Both the position numbers and the translations under genes were made by a program. A DNA stretch of 64,000 nt from positions 7,590 through 71,589 of the forward strand of contig CAYTHX010000008.1 of NCBI GenBank assembly GCA_964437705.1, written 5' to 3'. Below the pieces are notes generated by a model. It was not told the DNA's origin, did no database searches, and saw only the letters and a list, made by a program, of their open reading frames with translations. The stretch is from an uncultured Nitrososphaeria archaeon (GTDB lineage: Archaea; Thermoproteota; Nitrososphaeria; Geothermarchaeales; JDFR-13). Positions 49,407 to 59,546 of this stretch are shown here, one piece after another. Position 1 is the stretch's first letter, and every line of letters starts with the position of its first letter.

Positions 49407-51149
49407 TTAATTCACTAGGTGATATGATGCTCTGCGGAGATACTCTGCAACATAGAGTAATGCGACATTGGCTATAATGAATACTGTTAGAGAGCTAAGT
49501 ATATAGTTGAGTGGTAGTATGCATCCTGTAGATGCTTTGCTAGGAATCTCCTTATATACCTTAGATAAGTCTTGTAGGAAGAATGATGGATCTGGTAGGT
49601 AATTCTTGACCCAGCTTCTAACTGCCTCCTGAGCAACCTCCTGATATAGAACTGCATATGGACCGTGATATAATATGTACTCTTGTAACTCTTTATACAT
49701 CTCCAATCTCTTCTTAGTATCAAACTCTAAGCCTGCTGCTTCAGCGAGATCAGCTGCATGATCGTCATACCAGCAGTTTCTCCATGCTAACTGGTGTACT
49801 CTGTAATCTCCGAATGCTTTTGCATTATTATCAGGATCTGGATAGTCACATCCCCAGCCAGCCAATACAATCTCTAATCCCTGTTTTCTATATTTCTCAT
49901 ACATCTCTGCAGCAGTCATCTGTACTATTTTTACTTGAATACCAATCTCCTCTAAATCTGCCTTAATCTTTGAAGCTATATCTGCATATGGATATACCGG
50001 TGGAGTTGTTAGTGTTATCTCAAATCCATTTGGATACCCAGCCTCAGCTAATAACTGCTTAGCTTTCTCCACATCTTTACTAAATGGTGTACTATTAAGT
50101 GCACCTGGTACTGTATATGGAATTATGGTCTGCCACTTCATAGCTGAGCCCTTAAGCATCTTAATTATACCGTCATAATCAATTGCATACTTTATAGCTA
50201 ACCTAACCTTCTCATTACCTAGTGGCTCAACTTTAACGTTCATACCGAGGTAGACGATATGTTGTCTAGGCGTTGAAACTATCTTTATATCCTCACGACC
50301 TTTTAATTGCGCTATCTGATCAGGGGTTAGCCCTGTAGCTACATCAACATCACCTTTACTAATTAAGAGTAGCTGGTCAGTAGGCTCAGGAACGTGCTTA
50401 ACAATAATCTTTTTAACCTTAGGTAAGCCCTCCTTCCAGTAATTTGGATTCGCAACAAGTACAATTTCAGATTCTCTTTCCCATTTTTCTAGTATAAATG
50501 GACCGCTACCAGCGCTGTGATCAGTCATCCACTCACTACCCATATCTCCATTCTTTGCATGAGCTTCTACAACATTGGGATTAACGATAGCCGTTGTTGT
50601 GAATGTTAGTGTAGTTAGGAAGAAGCTCGGAGCTACAGGTTTATCTAGAACAATCTTTACTGTATAATCATCTACCTTCTGTATTTGGTCAGGGCTAGAA
50701 ACGAATTGTGTAAGAACCCATGAAGCCGTTTGACCGAGCTGTATAACTCTTCTTAATGAATACACTACCGCATCTGCGGTTAATGGGTCTCCATTTGCAA
50801 ATTTAATTCCATGTCTAATATGGAATATCCATACAGTACCATTTTCAGAGTACTCCCAACTCTCGGCTATCTCAGGCTTAACGGTAGATAAATCTGGAAG
50901 CTCGAAATCAACCAACTTATCATATATCTGATTTATGACGAAGCATGATGAGAATTCATATGCTCTAGCTGGATCCATGGATACAGCATCAGAGGTATCC
51001 ATAGCTATAATAAGAGTTTCTACGTCAGTCGGGGGTGGAGCTGTAGTCTCCTCCTCTGTTGGCTTCGGTAACGTATAGTAGTAATATGCACCTGCCGCAA
51101 TAACAATAAGTACAACGACAATTACACCAATTAAATATTCTTTCCTCAA
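49407..51149 (-). CDS. dppA: ABC transporter substrate-binding protein, family 5 (oligo/dipeptide)
   Basis: 580 aa with N-terminal TM anchor and family-5 SBP features; first gene of the operon. Confidence 0.75.
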   Translation of the reverse strand: MRKEYLIGVIVVVLIVIAAGAYYYYTLPKPTEEETTAPPPTDVETLIIAMDTSDAVSMDPARAYEFSSCFVINQIYDKLVDFELPDLSTVKPEIAESWEYSENGTVWIFHIRHGIKFANGDPLTADAVVYSLRRVIQLGQTASWVLTQFVSSPDQIQKVDDYTVKIVLDKPVAPSFFLTTLTFTTTAIVNPNVVEAHAKNGDMGSEWMTDHSAGSGPFILEKWERESEIVLVANPNYWKEGLPKVKKIIVKHVPEPTDQLLLISKGDVDVATGLTPDQIAQLKGREDIKIVSTPRQHIVYLGMNVKVEPLGNEKVRLAIKYAIDYDGIIKMLKGSAMKWQTIIPYTVPGALNSTPFSKDVEKAKQLLAEAGYPNGFEITLTTPPVYPYADIASKIKADLEEIGIQVKIVQMTAAEMYEKYRKQGLEIVLAGWGCDYPDPDNNAKAFGDYRVHQLAWRNCWYDDHAADLAEAAGLEFDTKKRLEMYKELQEYILYHGPYAVLYQEVAQEAVRSWVKNYLPDPSFFLQDLSKVYKEIPSKASTGCILPLNYILSSLTVFIIANVALLYVAEYLRRASYHLVN

Positions 51150-51403
51150 ATATACTCACCCCTTCTACCGAGGTACCTTATATATTTTAATATTTATACA
51201 CTATTCTCACTTTAAAAATATAAGTCTTATTGAATCATTTTTGCCATATTTCTTTAAATTAATATAATAGCAGAAACGTAGAAATAAGTAATATAATTTT
51301 TGCTATTAATTAAAATAGAATATTTTCAAATTTTGTAGAAATGGTAGAAGTAATACTATATTTCTATTTTCATAATAGAAACTACTTTTTAGATTTATTA
51401 AAT

Positions 51404-52153
51404 CTAAATATCTATTATAAGGTTATCACTTGCCCAGATAACATTTCCATCTAAACTTTTACTTTCATTTTCGATTTCAAAGCCTATATGTGTAAGAATT
51501 AATTGTTTAACATTACTAGTTTTTGCCACTCTTAATGCATCAATGGGTGTTAAATGCCCGATGCTAAATGCTTTATCTCGCATTTTACTTGGGAAGCTTG
51601 CCTCACAAATTAATAAGTCTGTATCTAATGCTATTTTCTCTAGTCCATTACAATATCTGGTATCACTTGAATATCCAACTATCCTATCATCAACATATAC
51701 TTTACAACCAACGTTATAAATTGAATGATTAACTTCAAAAGTTGAGATTATATACTCACCTATATTTACCTCCGAACCGTTAGAAACTCCAATATACTTA
51801 ATAGTATACGGAGCGTCTGTAATCAACTTCTCAATTAATTGCTCTAGAAAATTAAGATATACTTCTGGCGTTATTAAATTAACTTCTCCTCGAACATTAC
51901 TATACTTCATATAGAATAATAGTGATGGTAGTCCAAGTATATGATCACCATGAATATGTGTAATTATTATTCCCTTGATTTTAGTTAGAAAACTCTTATA
52001 TGTCTCATATTGAGTACCGTCAAAAGAGCCACAATCTAAAACTATAACTCCATCAGAACCTTCGATAAAAATACATTGATATTTTCTATATGGTACTGTT
52101 ATCCACCCACCAGTACCTAAAAAGATCAACCTAACCATATTACATAACACCAT
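51404..52153 (-). CDS. MBL-fold metallo-hydrolase
   Basis: 249 aa; THIHGDH metallo-beta-lactamase motif. Confidence 0.7.
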   Translation of the reverse strand: MVLCNMVRLIFLGTGGWITVPYRKYQCIFIEGSDGVIVLDCGSFDGTQYETYKSFLTKIKGIIITHIHGDHILGLPSLLFYMKYSNVRGEVNLITPEVYLNFLEQLIEKLITDAPYTIKYIGVSNGSEVNIGEYIISTFEVNHSIYNVGCKVYVDDRIVGYSSDTRYCNGLEKIALDTDLLICEASFPSKMRDKAFSIGHLTPIDALRVAKTSNVKQLILTHIGFEIENESKSLDGNVIWASDNLIIDI

Positions 52154-52228
52154 ACTGAAATAGATAAATACATAGATACCTATAATCTAATTTCTAACTA
52201 AGCAAAATATCTTACATAAGTTATAATC

Positions 52229-53260
52229 TTAGCTTTTCTTAAATACCCTAGCATAAACAAATAATCCGGCTAGTAATACAAGAAATATAGCTAGAGATAT
52301 AAGTATTACTAGTATAACATTACTCTTTCTCTCTTCAATAACTTTACCCTCCTCTATATTGCTAGTGGACTCTATAGTCTCATTTTCTATTAACTGTTCA
52401 CTAGGATGTTCACCAGTAAATTTTATTATTAGTTTGCTTAAATCGCTTAATGTTATGTGGTAACCAACTCCGGCTAATATTGCTCTATCATCATAAGTCT
52501 GTTTAAAAATTTCTCTAGCTAGTTCTCCCGTACAGTGTATCGGCATTATAACTTTAACGTAATACATGTCGAATACTTTAATAATTTTCTGTATCCTATC
52601 AATACTTGCATACATTAAGTGAAAACCGCCACATACCATGAGGATATCTTTAAATCCCATTTCATCAGCTACAAATTTAACTATGTTCTCTATACCTGGA
52701 TGTGCACATCCAGTAATTATAATAGCTCCTCTACTTGTATTAATCACTAATGCTTGTTCATACATCGAGCCAAAAGACAGTCCACCAGTAAGGTAAACTC
52801 CATCAGCAATACATGTAGGGTTATCAATTATGTGGACATCTATTCCCATCTCAATATATCTGTTTATAAGCTCTCGAGGAAACCCATTAGGTATATAAAG
52901 CGTAAACCTCTTATTAACATTAGCTAAGCCCTCTAATCCACCAATATGATCACCATGTGGATGAGATAATACAACGATATCAATATTATTAGGATCTATC
53001 CCAAGCTTATCTAAGTTATATAGTAGTGTAGATGATTTACAGCCGGTATCAAATAGTATACTGATATTTCTATACTTAATGTATATTGATAATCCCCAAC
53101 AAGTCTCTAGATCGTCCCGATAGATGTTGTTATCTACAACAATATATAAATCAAAGTTTTCAGTAGCGTGTGAACAATTTACTAAAAATATTTGTATTGC
53201 TATAAGGAGGAGTGAACATAAAAAGATAAACTTATGTTTCCTCATAAGACCTCGCTCCAA
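52229..53260 (-). CDS. MBL-fold metallo-hydrolase with N-terminal signal/TM and C-terminal TM anchor
   Basis: 343 aa; HPHGDHIGG motif; hydrophobic termini. Confidence 0.65.
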   Translation of the reverse strand: MERGLMRKHKFIFLCSLLLIAIQIFLVNCSHATENFDLYIVVDNNIYRDDLETCWGLSIYIKYRNISILFDTGCKSSTLLYNLDKLGIDPNNIDIVVLSHPHGDHIGGLEGLANVNKRFTLYIPNGFPRELINRYIEMGIDVHIIDNPTCIADGVYLTGGLSFGSMYEQALVINTSRGAIIITGCAHPGIENIVKFVADEMGFKDILMVCGGFHLMYASIDRIQKIIKVFDMYYVKVIMPIHCTGELAREIFKQTYDDRAILAGVGYHITLSDLSKLIIKFTGEHPSEQLIENETIESTSNIEEGKVIEERKSNVILVILISLAIFLVLLAGLFVYARVFKKS

Positions 53261-53344
53261 AAAGATATTTTATTACGAGGTAGTATATGGTCTTTCTCAA
53301 ATAAATACCCTTGTCTAGATATAACCAGAGGATATTTTTAGAAA

Positions 53345-53599
53345 CTATTTTTCTTCTTTTGTAGATATTTTTTCCGCGGCTCTAACAATTATATATGAGC
53401 GTATTAAGCTTACACCTGCACCTAAGGTTATAAACCCAATTACTAATGATGTTAATCCAGATACTATAGCATATACCTCAGGCATTAATAAACTAATTGA
53501 TAATAAGAAGAAGTATACTGATACTGCTATTAGAATTAATCCAGCAATTAACGCAATTATCGACATTTTCTCCATCCATATTACCTCCATATCCACCAA
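53345..53599 (-). CDS. Small membrane protein (hypothetical)
   Basis: 84 aa with two TM helices. Confidence 0.3.
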   Translation of the reverse strand: MVDMEVIWMEKMSIIALIAGLILIAVSVYFFLLSISLLMPEVYAIVSGLTSLVIGFITLGAGVSLIRSYIIVRAAEKISTKEEK

Positions 53600-54729
53600 A
53601 ATAAAAACCTAATTAATCTTTCAAGCCAAATTATCATTCCTCTAAATCTTATAAAAAGATTACTTATAAAATCTATAAGATTTATTACTATATACTCACC
53701 TTTAACCCTAGGTATATCACTGAAATATTCTGGAGGTATTAAGCTAAATAAGGGAATTTTTGGAATTACTCCTAACGTTTCCTCTAAGAAGTTAACATAT
53801 CTATGTATGAAAATTGGAATGTTTTCAAACCCTGAATAGAGAAATATAATCGTAATTATTCCTAGTGCTAAGGCTATAGTTGGCAGAATACCACGTATCG
53901 ATGGGGAATGCTTTGGTAATGCACCAATTTTAATCTTTAAATCCTTATTCTCAACTCTCTTTTTTAATTCATTAAATTCTTTAATTACCATTTCCTTCGC
54001 AATTAAACTGCCAACTCGAAGGTATAACAGGATTTGCTCCAAAATATTTCTTAAAATCCATATTATACCGCCTAAAATCGTTAGTACAGTAAATAGTTGT
54101 GAGTATGGATTTAATAGATATACATAAACTATGCCACTTATCGCTGGAGGTAACTTATTTACAGCTTCAGTAATAGCAGACAGCACTAAATTAGTTAGTA
54201 TTAGGAAGAAGTATGCTAAAGCTATTGGTCCGATAAAAATTATAATTAGATTTAGTGCTTCAAGCGACAATTTCCTTTTTACCCTAATTTTGGTAAGCTT
54301 AACTCTTCCACGTATAGAAAAATTATGTATTATTAAGTAGATTATTGTTAAGCTTAGCATCTGTAGAGTAATTCCATATACACCTTTCCCAAAAACTGTA
54401 CTTGTATACTCTGGATATATAACCGCGAGTATGATGTGTACTAAAAATATTGATAGGATTATCAAATCTGTTCGTGTTAAGACTAAGCCTATAACAAATA
54501 TAAATACGCCTATTGTTAGAAGAGTTTGTATCACAATTTGTACTATAATTGTCGTATTAATTGACTTCAGAAGTGGTAACGTGATTTCTGACTCTACTTT
54601 AATTGGATGGATAATTAATGTTATAGCATTTGGAATAAATAATGACCCAAGTAGAGCACCTATCAAATAGTAAATCAATAAAAATAAATTCACTTTGTCC
54701 TTTAGATTTATCTTCTTTGTAATCTTCAC
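53581..54729 (-). CDS. Polytopic membrane protein (hypothetical), last gene of the MoxR operon
   Basis: 382 aa multi-TM; ATGA overlap with the DUF58 gene. Confidence 0.4.
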   Translation of the reverse strand: MKITKKINLKDKVNLFLLIYYLIGALLGSLFIPNAITLIIHPIKVESEITLPLLKSINTTIIVQIVIQTLLTIGVFIFVIGLVLTRTDLIILSIFLVHIILAVIYPEYTSTVFGKGVYGITLQMLSLTIIYLIIHNFSIRGRVKLTKIRVKRKLSLEALNLIIIFIGPIALAYFFLILTNLVLSAITEAVNKLPPAISGIVYVYLLNPYSQLFTVLTILGGIIWILRNILEQILLYLRVGSLIAKEMVIKEFNELKKRVENKDLKIKIGALPKHSPSIRGILPTIALALGIITIIFLYSGFENIPIFIHRYVNFLEETLGVIPKIPLFSLIPPEYFSDIPRVKGEYIVINLIDFISNLFIRFRGMIIWLERLIRFLFWWIWR

Positions 54730-56099
54730 ACGATTACCCTCCTATATTCCTCGATTCTTTTAATAACTGCTGGGATAAAATCTCTCGGCCCTACCTCTAT
54801 AACCACTATCCCCTTTGCTAGGAGATTTTTAATCATTTCTTCCCTATCAGCTAAATAATCTACAGTTATTACTCTATATATTGTCGCATCCCAACCTCTT
54901 AATGCCGGAACTTCAAATAAAGGTGTTGAGGGAGATATAATTGTAATTTCATGATGCATAGCTTTGATTTTTAATAATGTATCTGGCAGATCACCTATAT
55001 TTCCCTCTAGATCACTAATTAAAATATATAATGCCTTTTCCCTTATACCTAACCTAGGCATACTATCTAGGAGAAGCTTCGATAAGCCAGTTTTATTAAT
55101 GCTTTCACTTACTTCTAATTTGCCCAGTAAGTTGTAAATTCTTGGGAAAACGAGATTAGCTGGTGCTACAGGTATAATCTCACTTCTTACTCCATCGTAA
55201 TATACAAATCCGAGATAATCTTTTCTCCTACTTAAATACCTAGTTAAATAGGCTATTGTTCTTGCTGCATAATCAATTTTTCTCTCACCTAATATTCCAT
55301 ATGACATTGTAGCAGACGCATCAAGTACAATCACAATTGTAGCTATTCCCTCAGCATCAAATTCCTTAATAATTAATTTTCCATGCTTAGCTGTTGATTT
55401 CCAATCTATTCTCCTTAAATCGTCACCCGGAACATATTCACGTAAGTCAGCAAATTCGTATCCACTACCTTTTCTCTTAGAGTAGCTTGTCCCAGTTAAT
55501 GTTTTACTCCCTGGAAATACTGACGAAAAACCTGTCGGTTCATAGCTTTTAGGATAAACCCTTATTTCATTATCTAACTCCTTTCCAGTACTAAAGTAGA
55601 ATAATCCTAAAAAATCTCTTAGTGCAAAGGTGATGTTGCCAAATCTATGTTTACCTATCATCCTAGTTTTTAAACAATAATTTACTTCAACGGTACCTTG
55701 GGCTGGAATGTTAACTACAAAATGATTTGTACCCTCTATCAGCCGGGTAGTTGCTGGGTAATTATCCATGATCTCAGCATTAAATATCGAGATATATGTA
55801 GGATTTTCTATTCTTAAGGTAATATGTATTTCTGAGTCTTCAACAGCATCTTCATTATAAATCCTCATTAAATTTAGTGAGTTAATTACTGTTGCTTGTA
55901 TTAATAGGGATAATCTAAACCCATATGTTAATAGCAGTCCACATAATCCAGTAATCATTATAAGTAAGGGTCCACTCACCTTTAAAGGTACTCCTTGCGT
56001 ATATGTTAACTGTCCACATATAATGAAACCTATTGCAGTTAATGTGGCAGAAATTAGTATGAATACCCTACCTCTAGTCGTTAGCTCAATATTTGTCAA
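54726..56099 (-). CDS. DUF58-family protein (vWA-like, MoxR partner) with N-terminal TM segments
   Basis: 457 aa; IVLDASATMSYG and DLREYVPGDDLRRIDWK are DUF58 hallmarks. Confidence 0.75.
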   Translation of the reverse strand: MTNIELTTRGRVFILISATLTAIGFIICGQLTYTQGVPLKVSGPLLIMITGLCGLLLTYGFRLSLLIQATVINSLNLMRIYNEDAVEDSEIHITLRIENPTYISIFNAEIMDNYPATTRLIEGTNHFVVNIPAQGTVEVNYCLKTRMIGKHRFGNITFALRDFLGLFYFSTGKELDNEIRVYPKSYEPTGFSSVFPGSKTLTGTSYSKRKGSGYEFADLREYVPGDDLRRIDWKSTAKHGKLIIKEFDAEGIATIVIVLDASATMSYGILGERKIDYAARTIAYLTRYLSRRKDYLGFVYYDGVRSEIIPVAPANLVFPRIYNLLGKLEVSESINKTGLSKLLLDSMPRLGIREKALYILISDLEGNIGDLPDTLLKIKAMHHEITIISPSTPLFEVPALRGWDATIYRVITVDYLADREEMIKNLLAKGIVVIEVGPRDFIPAVIKRIEEYRRVIV

Positions 56100-57058
56100 A
56101 TCGGCACCTCCACAGATTCCAGTATTCTGTTTATAATGTCCGTTGTGGTTAATCCTTCAAAGACTGCTGTTGGATTAAGGTGTATTCTATGATTTAAAAC
56201 GTGGGGAGCTACTTTCTTTACATCATCTGGTATCACGTAATCCCTGCCATTAATTAATGCTTCTGCTTTCGAAGCTAATGTTAATGCTATAGCACCTCTA
56301 GGACTAACACCTAATTTAACCTCTGGAATCTTATTACTATACTCAATGATGTTTACAATATAGTTCATGATAGAATCGTCTATGTGTACCTTATAGACAT
56401 ATTCTTGCATATTAATAAGTTCATTCTTACCAATAACTGGCTTAACATCCATTCCATAAGGATTTGTGTACCTCCTAAGAACCTCTAGAATTACATCTGC
56501 CTTTGGATATACGACATTTACCTTAGCTAAAAACCTATCTAACTGAGCAGCTGGTAGTGGATATGTACCCTCAATTTCAATCGGGTTCTGTGTAGCGATA
56601 ACTATAAATGGTTCTTCAAGCTTAATCGTTTTACCATTAACAGTTACTTGTCTTTCCTGCATAGCTTCAAGCAATGCAGATTGAGTCTTAGGATTACCTC
56701 TATTTATTTCGTCAGCAAGGACAATATTTGCAAAAATAGGGCCTTTCCTAAAGTAAAATTCTCCTTTTCTCTGATCGTAAATGTATGATCCAATAATATC
56801 CGCAGGTAATAAATCTGGTGTAAATTGGATTCTAGAGAAATGTAAGTTCAGCGCTTTAGCAACAGTTTTTACTAATGTAGTTTTTGCAATTCCAGGAACG
56901 CCCTCAAGTAGAATGTGTCCCTTGGTTAATAGCCCTATAAAAATCATCTCTATAACATCATCCATATCAACAATTACCTTAGAGACTTCTTCTCTAAGAA
57001 CTGCAAACCTCTCCTTAACTTCTCCAACCTCACTACTACTTAAAGACATACTATTCAC
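56096..57058 (-). CDS. moxR: MoxR-family AAA+ ATPase
   Basis: 320 aa; Walker A GVPGIAKT, Walker B LADEINR. Confidence 0.9.
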   Translation of the reverse strand: MNSMSLSSSEVGEVKERFAVLREEVSKVIVDMDDVIEMIFIGLLTKGHILLEGVPGIAKTTLVKTVAKALNLHFSRIQFTPDLLPADIIGSYIYDQRKGEFYFRKGPIFANIVLADEINRGNPKTQSALLEAMQERQVTVNGKTIKLEEPFIVIATQNPIEIEGTYPLPAAQLDRFLAKVNVVYPKADVILEVLRRYTNPYGMDVKPVIGKNELINMQEYVYKVHIDDSIMNYIVNIIEYSNKIPEVKLGVSPRGAIALTLASKAEALINGRDYVIPDDVKKVAPHVLNHRIHLNPTAVFEGLTTTDIINRILESVEVPI

Positions 57059-58475
57059 CTACCAATTCAAATCCTAATTTTGCGAATAATTGATTTAAAA
57101 CTCTAACATACTTATTAAATCTCCTTTTCCACATAATAATCGGGATTAACCTTCTCTTACCCTCTAAATACTCCTTAACCCTATACATTTCATATATAAC
57201 TTTCCTAAATTCATCCATTTCCTTCTTACTAAGGTATAGGGATATAATATCCCAACCCTCTCCCCTTAGAACTAAGTCCTCAATAACTAAATTCAACTTC
57301 CTTTTTAAGATAATATTTGTTAATTCATATAATTTGCCAATTAGCTGCTTATAAACACCACGTCGTCTAATGTGAACTTTCATCTTTTCATATTCAGGAC
57401 TGAATACTACAATTCTCTGTTCACCAACTGATTCTAGTGGGAAATCATGTATAGTCTCGCCAGCATACCATCTCCTAGCTATTCTATAAATTGTTAATGT
57501 AATTAAAACAACTAAGACGAGTCTCATTAATATCGGAACATTTACAATATAGGAGTAGAAATACTCATTTATCTCTGAACCATACGATTCTAAGTAGCTT
57601 GCAATAATTCTACCTATATGTGGTAATGGCATATTTATTGATGTTGAAATGTAGTGGCCACTATCTATGTATATTCTAATATGTCCTCCATATCCATTAT
57701 AATCATTTAATCCAGTAAGCCAGTTAAATAATGTAACGACAAAATTTTTTATTAAATATGAATTCTCAGAGTCTTCACTAAAGTACTTATTGATAAATAT
57801 ACTTGTATCTGCAATAACATATACCCTACTTACTCCAAGTACAGTACATCCAGCAAGAATAAACTTGTTTCTGAAGCCGCTAACTGTATCTATATAATAA
57901 CCACATGGTTTTAAGATGCCCATATCCACCAGATAACTTGGAAGGTCAATCTTTAATGACTTAACTTTTACTGGATATAGAATATCAGCGTACCACTCGA
58001 TCTGTTGCCCTTCATTAATAAGTAATAAATAGCTACTAACTGTTTCATTAGAAATCTCCGCATAAAACAGTTTCTTAATTATATTATTAACAGTACCTAA
58101 TTCATCGGCTATTAATAATGACCCGCCATTTTTGATAAAGCACCTTATTATGTTGATCTCATGATCATTTAATGGTATATCTGGACCAATTAATACAAGT
58201 ACATCTCTTAAGTAAGTATCACCATATTTTTTTGAAGCATTTACATCTATCACAGAGAAATTATCTAACAATATTATATCGACATCCACGTTCCATATAT
58301 TTCTCCTATATACTCTCTCAAGGTAATCTTTAAAATCGCTAATTCCGCTCCATGTAGTATTATAAGGAGTAGTTGAACCTAAGAATACTGTTATGGGAAT
58401 ATATTTTTGTGGTGCATTTATAGCGGCTATAAGAGCAAGTAATACAACTACCGTTGTTAGTAGCTTCTTCCCCAT
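57051..58475 (-). CDS. Membrane-anchored hypothetical protein (DUF4350/Bat-like position in MoxR operon)
   Basis: 474 aa with N-terminal signal/TM and C-terminal TM; call is by position. Confidence 0.35.
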   Translation of the reverse strand: MGKKLLTTVVVLLALIAAINAPQKYIPITVFLGSTTPYNTTWSGISDFKDYLERVYRRNIWNVDVDIILLDNFSVIDVNASKKYGDTYLRDVLVLIGPDIPLNDHEINIIRCFIKNGGSLLIADELGTVNNIIKKLFYAEISNETVSSYLLLINEGQQIEWYADILYPVKVKSLKIDLPSYLVDMGILKPCGYYIDTVSGFRNKFILAGCTVLGVSRVYVIADTSIFINKYFSEDSENSYLIKNFVVTLFNWLTGLNDYNGYGGHIRIYIDSGHYISTSINMPLPHIGRIIASYLESYGSEINEYFYSYIVNVPILMRLVLVVLITLTIYRIARRWYAGETIHDFPLESVGEQRIVVFSPEYEKMKVHIRRRGVYKQLIGKLYELTNIILKRKLNLVIEDLVLRGEGWDIISLYLSKKEMDEFRKVIYEMYRVKEYLEGKRRLIPIIMWKRRFNKYVRVLNQLFAKLGFELVGE

Positions 58476-59428
58476 CCATATACACCCTCAATACTAGAGA
58501 TTATTTCATCACTACGTGCAGCTTCACTTGAAGTAATTTCCTTACGAGAATACTTAGCTTTTTCAAACAAATCAGTAAGCTCTTGTGATAAATGGTAAAT
58601 ATCCTTATCAATTTTCTTAATAAATTCCCTTGGTGTTTCACTCTTTTTCTTAATTAACCCCCGGCTTTTCTCTAGTATAAAGAGAAATCTCCTATAATTA
58701 TATATGACTATACCTCTAGGGTCACTAGGCTTTCCCCCTAATTTAATACGTACTAGTACCTTGTTAGCATACTTAGAAAGTACCGGTGATAACTTCTCCA
58801 TGATATACTTCCTATAATAATATACTATGAATATAACTGCAAGTATGAGTATAAATGGCAGAATAATATCTAGATATGGTATACTTACGTTACTCACAGC
58901 TCCTACATTAGATGATAAGCTACCTATATTGGGTATCGGAGTTTTAATATTACTGAATGATGAAGATGGGAGGGAAATAGAGGTCTCAGGCGGATTACCT
59001 GCGATAGCATTTTCTAAATCAAGAGGTAAATTAGAAAGCACCTCAGATACAAGCTCCGGATCAACATCCTGTAAATTATTAACTAAATCTAAAATTTGTG
59101 GAAGCAATTCTTTATACTTTATAATTGCTTCATCATAATGCCCAAGTAATATCAAACCAGCTACTTCCCTTAGATTATTAGAAGTAGTACGATTATATTT
59201 CTCGAGTAAATCAGCAATTGTTAGTAGAGTATCAACTAAATTCAAGATATTAATATCCGTAATATTATATAACGTAGCATTCAAATCCACCTTCTCGTCG
59301 CCTAAATTTCTAACTGTTAAAATGATAACCGTATCTCCATATACATAAGGTATAGAAATATTTATGATACTAGATATCAATATTATTACTAACATAATCA
59401 GCGTTAATACTCTATATCCTCTTCTCAT
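58457..59428 (-). CDS. Membrane-anchored hypothetical protein (DUF4129-like position in MoxR operon)
   Basis: 323 aa with N- and C-terminal TM segments. Confidence 0.3.
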   Translation of the reverse strand: MRRGYRVLTLIMLVIILISSIINISIPYVYGDTVIILTVRNLGDEKVDLNATLYNITDINILNLVDTLLTIADLLEKYNRTTSNNLREVAGLILLGHYDEAIIKYKELLPQILDLVNNLQDVDPELVSEVLSNLPLDLENAIAGNPPETSISLPSSSFSNIKTPIPNIGSLSSNVGAVSNVSIPYLDIILPFILILAVIFIVYYYRKYIMEKLSPVLSKYANKVLVRIKLGGKPSDPRGIVIYNYRRFLFILEKSRGLIKKKSETPREFIKKIDKDIYHLSQELTDLFEKAKYSRKEITSSEAARSDEIISSIEGVYGWGRSY

Positions 59429-59546
59429 GCTAACTAATTAATAATTTAATGGTACGAGGTAAAAACTGTTTTGAAGCTATTCGATGTAAACGTAGCTAAA
59501 GGTATATCTTATAATCAACTCTCACTCTAGACCAAGAAGGTAAAAA

